Origin: Deltaproteobacteria bacterium
Lineage (GTDB): Bacteria; Desulfobacterota; Syntrophobacteria; BM002
DNA: 64,000 nucleotides
Assembly: GCA_022340745.1 (NCBI GenBank)
Contig: JAJDNL010000133.1
Location: 5,315 to 69,314, forward strand
Reading direction: 5' to 3'
Part shown: piece after piece, positions 47,572 to 56,406 of the stretch
Layout of the letters: every line of letters starts with the position of its first letter
Position numbering within the stretch: the stretch's first letter is position 1
Program-made: the position numbers and the translations under genes
Notes under the pieces: generated by a model
The model's database searches: none
What the model was told of the DNA's origin: nothing
Seen by the model: only the letters and a program-made list of their open reading frames with translations

Positions 47572-48273
47572 ATGCGCTACTTTCTAGCTGCCGCAATGCT
47601 AACGTGCACGTTTCTCCTGTTTTTTATCACCCCTAATGTCTTCGGGAGCTCACCTGCAATCCGTTTCCAGGAGAGTGTGTTCACCTTCCCGCCGGTTTTG
47701 GAGGGTGAATCAGTTGAGATCGCTTTTGAATTTTGTAATGCAGGTGGCGAGCCTCTGGTGATCCATGATGCCGTGACCTCGTGTGGTTGCACCACGGCAG
47801 ACTACCCAAGCTATCCTGTAAAAGCGGGAGAAAGTGGCAAGATCAGAACCATATTCAGGTCTGCAGGACATGGCGGTGAGAATGATATTGTGCTGCTCGT
47901 CAAGAGTAACGACCCCATTGCTTCGATAACGAAGTTGCGCATCCGGGGAACAGTGATACGCCAATGGCAAGCGCAGCCGGATCGATTCATTTTGACCAAC
48001 CTGAAGCCGAATCGTAGGTACACTCGGCGGCTGCAAATAGATAATTTCATGAAGGAATCACTACACATAAGACAACTAGTAGCTGGGAACCCTCACCTTC
48101 GCTTTCTCTCCAAGTCAAGGGAAGTAGCACCAGGAGGGGGGAAAATTATTGCCTTTGAAGTGAACACCAGGAATCTCGAGCCGGGGAGAATCGTTCAGTC
48201 TTCTATCCGGCTCGAAGTTGTTAATGCTGAGATGCAAGCGGTTGAGATCCCCGTACTCATAAGACTCAAATGA
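47572..48273 (+). CDS. secreted DUF1573-domain protein (CGC-motif Ig-like domain) with extra C-terminal domain
   Basis: ..VIHDAVTSCGCTTADYP.. is the DUF1573 hallmark. Confidence 0.65.
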   Translation: MRYFLAAAMLTCTFLLFFITPNVFGSSPAIRFQESVFTFPPVLEGESVEIAFEFCNAGGEPLVIHDAVTSCGCTTADYPSYPVKAGESGKIRTIFRSAGHGGENDIVLLVKSNDPIASITKLRIRGTVIRQWQAQPDRFILTNLKPNRRYTRRLQIDNFMKESLHIRQLVAGNPHLRFLSKSREVAPGGGKIIAFEVNTRNLEPGRIVQSSIRLEVVNAEMQAVEIPVLIRLK

Positions 48274-48295
48274 GTAAGGGAAAGGGAGGTGATCA

Positions 48296-48817
48296 ATGAG
48301 AAAGGTTATTGTATTTTTCTTGGTGGTTGTTGTGGTTGCGAGCCTTGGATTCCTTTCCGGCTGCGATAACTCCAAAAAAGTTGGTGTTAGCGAAGCCAAT
48401 GTGCAAGCAGAGTTCCTCGCGTTAAAAGCAGCCAGTGAGAAAGAACGCGGCAGCTACAAGCTCATCAGCCTAAAGGATTTGAAGGCAAAATTGGACGCCA
48501 AGGAGGATGTGCTTGTGGTTGACACCATGCCCTATGAGGCCAGCTACAAGAAACAGCACATTCCGACGGCAGTGCAATTCGAGTTCCCAATTCCCGAGAT
48601 GACGACCGTTGATCCGGAAATGGAAAAGCAATATGCTGACTTACTTGGTCCTGACAAGGACAAAGTGATTGTAGTCTACTGCGGCTTCGTAAAATGTGGC
48701 CGGAGCCACAACGGGGCCATGTGGGCAGTGAAACTAGGTTATACAAATGTATATCGGTGCTTGGGCGGTATCCGCGGCTGGAATGAGGCGGGCTATCCGG
48801 TAGAGGCGGTGAAATAG
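48296..48817 (+). CDS. rhodanese-domain lipoprotein
   Basis: Lipobox LSGC. Active-site CGFVKCGRS. Confidence 0.7.
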   Translation: MRKVIVFFLVVVVVASLGFLSGCDNSKKVGVSEANVQAEFLALKAASEKERGSYKLISLKDLKAKLDAKEDVLVVDTMPYEASYKKQHIPTAVQFEFPIPEMTTVDPEMEKQYADLLGPDKDKVIVVYCGFVKCGRSHNGAMWAVKLGYTNVYRCLGGIRGWNEAGYPVEAVK

Positions 48818-49087
48818 CGCTTTGCGCTATTTCCCAGCGGGCAGCAAGCAGGAGGCAGCAGGCAGCAGTATATTGATCTTTGGCGATGGCCTTGACTGCC
48901 AGCTGCTGGCTGCCTGCTGTGCGATTGTACATTGTACTATGTCACTTGTTATTATCTTCGACACTGCTTCGGTTGAAACACATCCTGCTTGTTCGGTAGG
49001 TCTCTTGACTTTTCAATTTCGCGAGTTACTCTCCAGGAGGTGGGTTAAAAACAAGGCCCCAGCGGAAGCAGAGGGGAGGCGATATAA

Positions 49088-49264
49088 ATGGCACAGTCAA
49101 GATCCGCCAGTGCTGGAGCGTGTTGCTTCAGTGAAAAACGGAGACTGGTAAAGGAGCTGAGCACCTGTGGCTATTGTTCCACCAGCTTCGAAGAGTATAA
49201 GCGTTGTAGGCAAGAGGCAAGTCGCGAGAGTGGCGAGCACTCTAAGGAATGCATGATTGCCTAA
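49088..49264 (+). CDS. unannotated 58-aa cysteine-rich small protein
   Basis: MAQSRSASAGACCFSEKRRLVKELSTCGYCSTSFEEYKRCRQEASRESGEHSKECMIA. SD GAGGGGAGG 8 nt before ATG. TAA at 49262. Strong intrinsic terminator 40 nt downstream. Below the 60-aa ORF-track cutoff. Confidence 0.45.
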   Translation: MAQSRSASAGACCFSEKRRLVKELSTCGYCSTSFEEYKRCRQEASRESGEHSKECMIA

Positions 49265-49304
49265 CTTCAGATAACCTCCAACAAATCGGAATCCACAGAA
49301 ATCA

Positions 49305-49340
49305 AGAAAGCCCGGACATGTTTCGGGCTTTCTTTTGTTC
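49305..49340 (+). terminator. rho-independent terminator
   Basis: AAGAAAGCCCG-gacatgttt-CGGGCTTTCTT followed by TTTGTT. Confidence 0.75.
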
Positions 49341-49502
49341 GGAGTGTTACCTGCGAATCTTACACCGTAAACTCGAGCTTGGCGGACCCATTCTCTCTAG
49401 CAATTGTTACGAAAAGAATATAAGCTCTAACAAAAAGAAAAGGAATGATTGAAGGGGAATGAAACGTTTCCATTTGAGTGGAGAGGTCACGGAGGTGAAA
49501 CC

Positions 49503-50129
49503 ATGAAGAGAAAATGTAAGCCCTCAAGTTTTCATAAGAGCATATCATTGGTCGCCATGATTTTTTTGTTGATTTCTTGCGCGGGACCTTCTGTAAAGCG
49601 GACAGAGGTAGATGAGACTATTGATCTGAGTGGCCGCTGGAACGATACCGATTCTAGACTGGTCTCAGAGGAAATGATTGAAGACTGCCTCAATCGTCCG
49701 TGGCTCCAGAGCTATCAGGGGAAGCATCAGGGCAATATGCCGACAGTGATTGTTGGCACCGTTAAGAACCAAAGCTACGAACACATCAACACCCAGGTTT
49801 TCATCAAGGATCTGGAGCGGGCCCTGATCAATTCGGGTCGGGTGCAATTCGTGGCCTCCCAAGATGAACGCATAGAATTGAGGCAAGAGAAGGCCGATCA
49901 GCAACAAGGGTTTACCGATCCGGAAACCCAGAAATCCATGTACAAAGAAGTGGGGGCGGACTTTATGCTTCAGGGCTCCATCAATGCGATCAAAGATGAA
50001 ATAAAAGGCAAATATGTAATGCTCTACCAGGTGAATCTTGAACTCATCCAATTGGAAACGAATGTGAAAGCGTGGATAGGTCAGAAGGAAATTAAGAAGG
50101 TGGTCAAGCGGAGTAGACTTAGCTGGTGA
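49503..50129 (+). CDS. lpoB: penicillin-binding protein activator LpoB-like lipoprotein
   Basis: Lipobox LLISC. TVIVGTVKNQSYEHINTQVFIKDLERALINSGRVQFV and ..DFMLQGSI...YVMLYQVNLELIQLETNVKAWIG parallel the E. coli LpoB C-terminal domain pattern. Confidence 0.6.
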   Translation: MKRKCKPSSFHKSISLVAMIFLLISCAGPSVKRTEVDETIDLSGRWNDTDSRLVSEEMIEDCLNRPWLQSYQGKHQGNMPTVIVGTVKNQSYEHINTQVFIKDLERALINSGRVQFVASQDERIELRQEKADQQQGFTDPETQKSMYKEVGADFMLQGSINAIKDEIKGKYVMLYQVNLELIQLETNVKAWIGQKEIKKVVKRSRLSW

Positions 50130-50211
50130 ACAAAGGCAGCAGGCACTCTAGTTGCAGATTAATGGGTCAAGAATTACAGACATGGTGGACAGTAAAGCTG
50201 AACAACTTTGT

Positions 50212-51606
50212 ATGAAGTCCTACAGTCGTAGGAAAGACGGTTTCGCCCTCCTGATAGTGCTCGCATCGGCATTCGTTTCTCTAGCCACTATCTCCGGTTG
50301 CGGCATGCCGCATCACCTCACCACCACGGTTGATGAGATGAGCGCTCGAGGGGAGTTTTCCCAAGCTCTCAGCTATGTAGAGGAACACGAGGAAGACTAT
50401 CAAAATCGCAATCGGTTGCTGTTTTATTTGGATGAAGGGATGCTTGCCTTTTGGGTTGGAGACTTCGAAAAAGCTATCCAGGCTTTCACTGCGGCAGAGC
50501 AACTTATGGAAGAACTGTACACCATCTCCATAAGTGGGGAGGCCACAACCTTCCTGATCAATGACAACACGGCTCCGTACCGGGGTGAGGATTTCGAGTC
50601 AGTAATGGTCAACCTTTTTCTGGCCCTGTCATACGCTAACCTTTCGAAGATTGAAGATGCCCTGGTGGAAGCACGGAAGATTGACAGTAAGCTGGCAACA
50701 ATCAACCTGCAATACGACGAGGAACACCAAAATGCCTACCGTGAAGACCCCTTTGCTCGAATGCTCATTGGAATTCTCTATGAGATGGGACAGACGAGCG
50801 CTGATTTGAATGATGCCTATATATCATACTACCTTGCCATTAGTGGGTACGAGTCGGAATACCAACGCTTCGGTTTAAGTGTTCCTGGAATCCTTGCGGA
50901 AAACGCTTTGTCAACCGCAGAGTTCATGGGGGGAGAACAACAAGATCAATTGCGGGAGCGCTTTCCGGCGCAGCAATTTCCAAGTCTGGCAGAACGCAAG
51001 GAGAAGGCGGAAGTATTTGGCCTGCACTTTAATGGTAGAGCCCCGGTTAAGGAACCGGCTACCATCGCTTTTCCGATGCCTGACGGATTTTTACTGAAAT
51101 TGGCTTTCCCAACCTACAAAGAGGTGGATAAACGTATCGTCGGCGGGCGACTTTACGCTAAACCGCCGGAAGAAGATAGGGCCTTTGATGCAGCGTTCAC
51201 CGTTGCTGAACCCATCGGCAAGATCGCCAAGGAGAACCTGGAAGACCGGAAGGGTCGGATTGTTGTAAAAACTGTTGCTAGAGTGACTGCTAAATATCTG
51301 GCTGTAAAAGCAGCACAGCACGCGGCAAAGGAGGCGGGTGGACGGGACTACGGGGCCCTGGCTGGTTTTCTCACGGGGATTACTGGGAATATACTTGCCT
51401 TTGCCAGTGAAGAACCGGATCTGCGATCATGGCGAACCTTGCCAGCGGAAATCTTGATCAGCAAGTTGACTTTGGAGCCGGGAACCTACGAGTTTTGGGC
51501 TGAATGTTACGATGCCTCTGGTAGGTTTATTCGGAAAGTGGAACTCGGAGAGAGAGAATTGGCACCAGGCGAGAAGATATTATTACAGTTTCGCACCACG
51601 GAATAA
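50212..51606 (+). CDS. hypothetical lipoprotein (TPR-like N-terminal region)
   Basis: Lipobox ATISGC after signal peptide. Co-oriented 20 nt after lpoB. Confidence 0.5.
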   Translation: MKSYSRRKDGFALLIVLASAFVSLATISGCGMPHHLTTTVDEMSARGEFSQALSYVEEHEEDYQNRNRLLFYLDEGMLAFWVGDFEKAIQAFTAAEQLMEELYTISISGEATTFLINDNTAPYRGEDFESVMVNLFLALSYANLSKIEDALVEARKIDSKLATINLQYDEEHQNAYREDPFARMLIGILYEMGQTSADLNDAYISYYLAISGYESEYQRFGLSVPGILAENALSTAEFMGGEQQDQLRERFPAQQFPSLAERKEKAEVFGLHFNGRAPVKEPATIAFPMPDGFLLKLAFPTYKEVDKRIVGGRLYAKPPEEDRAFDAAFTVAEPIGKIAKENLEDRKGRIVVKTVARVTAKYLAVKAAQHAAKEAGGRDYGALAGFLTGITGNILAFASEEPDLRSWRTLPAEILISKLTLEPGTYEFWAECYDASGRFIRKVELGERELAPGEKILLQFRTTE

Positions 51607-51699
51607 AGAAAAGGCATAAGGCACACGGCGGCGCAAGGCACAAGTAAAAAATAAACGAAATATCGGCTTACACCTTAAACCCTGAGCCTCAGTTACTGC

Positions 51700-52809
51700 C
51701 TACTGGCTTTTTCCTCTTGCGGCGATTTTGAATTCCTCCACCACCCTCCCTTCTCTTAGCCCATATGCCCTATCGAAGAGATTGACTACTGCACAGGCAT
51801 GGTTGGGAATGATTCGCACTCTGTCGCCGATATCTAGATCTTGATCTGGGTCAAGGTGCATAATACCGTGCTCTTCGGAAAGTCTTACCAATGTTGCATT
51901 CTTGCCCAACACTATGCCAAAGCCGGACGCCATCTCTTTCCCATGCGCCCCCCGATCCGAACTAAAAGCCTTGCTTCCTCCATCTATGACGGCCCGTTCT
52001 CGTGCAGGTCGGCTAATAACGGTTGCGACTATGGTCAAAGCGCATTCCTCTAGCGTCGCCGAGCCCAGAGACACCTGTATGGCATCGTGAAAAATATAGT
52101 TGCCCGGACGGATCTCATTGACAGCCTCATGCCCCTGCCAGACCTTCATCGTTGGAGTGGAGCCTACGGAGACAAAATCGGGAGAAGTTCCGACCTCCGC
52201 AAATGCTTGCGCGGTCTCGGCCATTATTGTGCTTTCATGGCGGCTGAATTCCTTTACTTCCGAGAGTGAATCTGCCCCATATACCTGACCGGCATGGGTG
52301 AAGATTCCCTTGAACCTGAGAGCGGGAAGGGTATCAACGGTTTGAAAGAGCTCCACTGCTTCATTCCCAGGTGAAACGCCACACCGATTCAGGCCACTGT
52401 TGATTTCAATGAGATATTCAATGCTGAGTCCGGAAGCAGCAAATACATCTGAGAGTTTGTGCGCTGCTGCGACGCTGTCCAGGCCTATTGATATGTTTAC
52501 TTCTTTTGAGAGGGCTGCGAGTCTAGTAAGCTTGTCTTTGCTCACAATCTGGTTGGCGACGAAAATGTTTGTAATTCCAGCCGCAGCCATGACTTCGGCT
52601 TCTGAAACCTTGGCGGCGCTAATCCCGCTTGCGCCCAGGCGCATTTGCAGAAGAGCCAGTTCGGGTATCTTGTGCGTCTTTATATGAGGACGGAGAGCTA
52701 CCCCGAATTTGTCGGCTCTTTGCTGCATCCGTTCAAGGTTGCGGTCAACTATATCGAGGTCGATTAATAAAGCGGGGGTATCAATGGAGGGTAGGCCTGA
52801 ATCCATCAT
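51700..52809 (-). CDS. alanine-racemase-fold PLP enzyme (D-Ser dehydratase / D-Thr aldolase DSD1 family)
   Basis: ..LRPHIKTHKIPEL.. PLP-Lys motif of alanine racemase N-terminal domain family. Confidence 0.7.
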   Translation of the reverse strand: MMDSGLPSIDTPALLIDLDIVDRNLERMQQRADKFGVALRPHIKTHKIPELALLQMRLGASGISAAKVSEAEVMAAAGITNIFVANQIVSKDKLTRLAALSKEVNISIGLDSVAAAHKLSDVFAASGLSIEYLIEINSGLNRCGVSPGNEAVELFQTVDTLPALRFKGIFTHAGQVYGADSLSEVKEFSRHESTIMAETAQAFAEVGTSPDFVSVGSTPTMKVWQGHEAVNEIRPGNYIFHDAIQVSLGSATLEECALTIVATVISRPARERAVIDGGSKAFSSDRGAHGKEMASGFGIVLGKNATLVRLSEEHGIMHLDPDQDLDIGDRVRIIPNHACAVVNLFDRAYGLREGRVVEEFKIAARGKSQ

Positions 52810-52849
52810 TTCACGGTTCTCAATCGTAATCGAGTCATTTGGCCACTTC

Positions 52850-53100
52850 CGTGGCCGTCACTACGCTGCGCTGTCATTACGCTCCGCTGTCATTGCGGCT
52901 GCGCCTGTCATTTGGCCTTACGGCCGTCATATGTGGTCATTTGGCTTCGCCGTCAATAGGGCTGGCGCCCGTCATTAAGTCGTTTCAAAGCCATAGTCAC
53001 AATTAACTATGAATGACAGCAAAGCGTAATGACCTAATGACTATAAATGACGCCGCAGGCATAATGACAGCCACTTTAGTGGCGTAATGACTACCTTATG
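52850..53100. repeat. GTCATT/AATGAC word palindrome element (copy 2, ~250 bp, left arm GTCATT x6, right arm AATGAC x6)
   Basis: ctgtcattacgctccgctgtcattgcggctgcgcctgtcatttggccttacggccgtcat..gggctggcgcccgtcattaagtcg | ..gaatgacagcaaagcgtaatgacctaatgactataaatgacgcc..ataatgacagccactttagtggcgtaatgac. Confidence 0.6.
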
Positions 53101-53115
53101 ACCTGCCTGCGGCAG

Positions 53116-54030
53116 CTAGGCAGCTAAGGTAGCCGTCGATCCCACACAGCTGACAGCAAAGGTTTCGCCCAATTCCTGACTCATGCGGATGTGGGGCCGA
53201 AAGCCGGTGCAATGGCCGGTGAGGGCGAGTTGAGCCCCGCAATCCTTGATGCCGTTGATGGTCTGGGTGAGGACCTCCTCGCCCACTTGAGCCAGGTGCA
53301 GACCTCCAATCACAGCATAGATTTGAGAGTTTCCTGTAATTTCCTGGGCGTATTGTATAGTATTCACGATTCCCGGATGAGAACAACCCGAAATAATTAC
53401 CAACCCCTTCTCACCTAAATTAACCACCAAGGCTTGCTCATCAACGAGAGGGTCGTCCATATCCTCACCGTTTTTGATGATTTTGGCCCCAGGCATGGGA
53501 GCTTCAAAATCAGTGCGGCGGGGAATTTCACCGGTAAGAAAGACACCTTCCTGCACTTGCTGAGCATCCGTAGCGCAGGTCAATTGAGCACCGGTTTTCT
53601 CTATCTTCTCACGTTCAAGTTTCCAGGGCCCCACTTTACCCCTCGGAGTCATGAGGTATTTGGGCCAGAAGACATCAGGGTGGCAGTAGATGGGCAGAGG
53701 TGTTCCCCGCCACTCCAAGAAACCGAGAAGCCCTCCATAGTGGTCAGGGTGCCCATGAGTCAGGAAAAGGGCATCAACCTCGGCGGGGGTCCGTCCCAAA
53801 GCTTCAAAGTTGTGTTTAAAGGGTTCAAAGGCATTGCCGGTATCCATGAGCAAGCAAAATGTGCTTTCACTCCGGCTGATGTCCACCAAATAAGAAAGTC
53901 CGTGACCCGCCAAGAGTGGTTTTTTTAGCTTGCCAGGAACTGCGCGCTCGACCAAGGGAGTGGAGGGTTCAAAAACGTCGATGTAGTTATCAACGACCGC
54001 GGTGACACTGACTTTTTCCGGTAGCGACAT
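53116..54030 (-). CDS. MBL-fold metallo-hydrolase
   Basis: ..LTHGHPDHYGG.. HxHxDH motif. Confidence 0.75.
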   Translation of the reverse strand: MSLPEKVSVTAVVDNYIDVFEPSTPLVERAVPGKLKKPLLAGHGLSYLVDISRSESTFCLLMDTGNAFEPFKHNFEALGRTPAEVDALFLTHGHPDHYGGLLGFLEWRGTPLPIYCHPDVFWPKYLMTPRGKVGPWKLEREKIEKTGAQLTCATDAQQVQEGVFLTGEIPRRTDFEAPMPGAKIIKNGEDMDDPLVDEQALVVNLGEKGLVIISGCSHPGIVNTIQYAQEITGNSQIYAVIGGLHLAQVGEEVLTQTINGIKDCGAQLALTGHCTGFRPHIRMSQELGETFAVSCVGSTATLAA

Positions 54031-54276
54031 AGCGAGCCTCCTCTAGCCGTTTCAAATAATAAAAAAAGGATTGATACTATTTCTCCCGAGCCGCAAAAAT
54101 ACAACTGAAAAACCCTCTTTCTTGCACGAGAAAAATGGCCGAAAGTGGAAGTGAATATTTCCAAGTCAACTGCCAACAGTTTATACCATTGTGCATTAAA
54201 GTGCAAAGTTTTTTGGCCTCGTCGGCTCCAGGAAATAATAGCAACTGCCTAATGGTTTCAGTTTACTCCTGTACTA

Positions 54277-54305
54277 TGGTATTATTTGTTGCAAGAGGTT
54301 GCAAC
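54277..54305 (+). promoter_or_regulatory. extended -10 promoter (TGgTATTAT) overlapped by inverted TTGCAA pair (operator) upstream of the sigma-54 activator gene
   Basis: atGGTATTATttGTTGCAAgagGTTGCAAC. Two palindromic TTGCAA hexamers 10 bp apart, at or just after the predicted TSS. Confidence 0.45.
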
Positions 54306-54393
54306 ATTAGGTTCTCGTGTTCGTTGCCAATAGTGACGCGGGCTAGGTTTCCAGGAGAACCGAACGGGTCAGAGGGAAAAGGGCTCCCAATCA

Positions 54394-56139
54394 ATGGTGA
54401 AAGAGAAACCGCCTTACAGCACAAACATCTTGCACGAACAATTCAGCCAGTTGCTCGAGAACCTTGGCATCGGCGTCTTCACTGTGAATAGGGAACGGCA
54501 GATCACCTCCTTTAATGAGACGGTGGAGCGGCTTACTGGCTTCCGTGAAGAAGAAGTACTTGGAAAAAAGTGCCACGAGATCTTTTTTAGTGATCTGTGC
54601 CATGGCAGGTGCATGTACCCGCAAGAGGTTGAGCTCGAAGGCAAACCGCATGTCTTTGAGATGGATATCTCCGATCAGGAAGGCAACCTGCACCGCATAA
54701 CCAAGCTGGTCTCTCCTCTCCTTGGTAGTGAAGGACAAGTCACGGGTTGCATCGAAGTCTTCCAAGATTTCTCAGTTTACAATCAACTGCTGGACCGAAT
54801 TCGATATGACGAGCATCGGCTCAAACTCATCCTTGACAACCTCGACATTGGGATTTTTACGGTAAACCGTGGTGGGCACATAACCTCATTCAACTCAATG
54901 GCCGAGAAAATCACGGGCTACCAGCGGCAAGAGATTGTGGGCCAGCATCACGCCAAACTCACGGGTTGCGATCGGCCTGGGGAGACGTGCAGCCTGAAGG
55001 AATCAATCAGCACGGGCAAGTCCCTTGCCAACCTCCACCGTCGATTATTTACCAAGGACGGGCGCAACCTACCCATCCGGGCAAGTTTTATGGCTCTCCG
55101 TAACGAAGCGGGAAATACTATCGGTGGGCTGGAGACCTTCCAGGATCTCTCCCTAATCCAACAGCTCAACCGTGCCATAAGCAATAAGTACTCCTTCGCC
55201 GATATGATCGGCAAGGATGGAGTAATGCAACAGATATTTGAAATTCTCCCGGTGGTGGCTGAAAGTGAAGCCAATGTTCTGGTAGAAGGGCCTACGGGTA
55301 CAGGAAAGGATCTGTTGGCCAAAATTATCCATAATGCTTCACAGCGAGGAGAAAAGCCTTTCGTAAAGGTCAATTGTGCAGCCTTGCCTGATAATCTTCT
55401 GGAATCAGAGATGTTTGGCTACGTCAAAGGTGCCTTCACCGGGGCGGATAGGGACAAACCTGGCCGTTTCCAGGAGGCGGACGGCGGTAGTATTTTTCTA
55501 GATGAAATTGGTGATTTACCCCTATCCTTGCAAGCGAAACTGCTGCGAGTATTGGAAGATAAGGAATTCTACCCCCTGGGGGGGCGTGAGCTTTGCCGAG
55601 TTGACGTGCGAATCATCGCCGCCACCAACCAGGTATTAGAAGATCTGGTGCGAGAAAAACGGTTCCGAGAAGATCTTTTCTATCGTCTCAATGTGATGCA
55701 GCTGGAACTTCCGCCTTTAAAAGAACGACGGGGCGATATACCTTTGCTCATAAGTAATTTTATTAAGAAACACAATGTTACCAAAGGATCTGCGGTGTCA
55801 CGAATTGATGAAGATGCAATGGACATACTGCTGAACTACCACTATCCTGGCAACATACGAGAACTGGAAAACATCATAGAGCACGCCGGAGTGCTATGCC
55901 AGGGAGAGCTCATTGAGCGGCGGCACTTGCCAATGTATATTCAGGAAATTACGGACCACAGGGGAGTAGATAGAATTGCCAGAGCCGAAGTTACAACCAG
56001 ACGAGATCAGCGGGAGAGGGAGGTCATTGTGGAGGTGTTGAAAAAAAACCGCTGGCAACGACAGAAAGCTGCCCAGGCCCTTGGTATGGATAGAACCACG
56101 TTGTGGCGCAAGATGAAGAAGTACGATATTTCTCCTTGA
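54394..56139 (+). CDS. sigma-54-dependent transcriptional activator with two N-terminal PAS domains (no receiver domain)
   Basis: 581 aa. PAS x2. AAA+ core with GTGKDLLA Walker A, GAFTGA loop, ..GGSIFLDEIGDL.. and C-terminal Fis-type HTH. Confidence 0.9.
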   Translation: MVKEKPPYSTNILHEQFSQLLENLGIGVFTVNRERQITSFNETVERLTGFREEEVLGKKCHEIFFSDLCHGRCMYPQEVELEGKPHVFEMDISDQEGNLHRITKLVSPLLGSEGQVTGCIEVFQDFSVYNQLLDRIRYDEHRLKLILDNLDIGIFTVNRGGHITSFNSMAEKITGYQRQEIVGQHHAKLTGCDRPGETCSLKESISTGKSLANLHRRLFTKDGRNLPIRASFMALRNEAGNTIGGLETFQDLSLIQQLNRAISNKYSFADMIGKDGVMQQIFEILPVVAESEANVLVEGPTGTGKDLLAKIIHNASQRGEKPFVKVNCAALPDNLLESEMFGYVKGAFTGADRDKPGRFQEADGGSIFLDEIGDLPLSLQAKLLRVLEDKEFYPLGGRELCRVDVRIIAATNQVLEDLVREKRFREDLFYRLNVMQLELPPLKERRGDIPLLISNFIKKHNVTKGSAVSRIDEDAMDILLNYHYPGNIRELENIIEHAGVLCQGELIERRHLPMYIQEITDHRGVDRIARAEVTTRRDQREREVIVEVLKKNRWQRQKAAQALGMDRTTLWRKMKKYDISP

Positions 56140-56149
56140 TTGACCCTTG

Positions 56150-56187
56150 TTGCAAAATGTTGCAAAATATGTTGCAATACGTTGCAA
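56150..56187. promoter_or_regulatory. four phased TTGCAA palindromes, candidate enhancer (UAS) for the adjacent sigma-54 activator
   Basis: cTTGTTGCAAAATGTTGCAAAATATGTTGCAATACGTTGCAAATAG. Hexamers at 56150, 56160, 56172, 56182 (spacing 10/12/10), ~170-200 bp upstream of the -24/-12 promoter. Confidence 0.55.
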
Positions 56188-56353
56188 ATAGAAATAAGAC
56201 TAAAAGATTTATTTATTATAGCTAGTTACAAAATTTTAGTCTGTCAAACGTTGCATGGCTGCAGCAATATCCCACCCATCTTTCAACCGCCTTCCGACTT
56301 AAATCCACCTTAACTAATTGAAATAATAAACATTTGTCTCTTGAGTTCCATTA

Positions 56354-56369
56354 TGGCACAGCACTGGCA
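56354..56369 (+). promoter_or_regulatory. sigma-54 (-24/-12) promoter for the sensor kinase operon
   Basis: TGGCACagcacTGGCA: GG (56355-56) and GC (56367-68) 12 nt apart, matching the TGGCAC-N5-TTGCA consensus. 38 nt before ATG 56407 (SD AGGAGAG). Confidence 0.65.
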
Positions 56370-56406
56370 TTGCCATCTGGGCACCCATCCCCAGGAGAGT
56401 GTGCTC

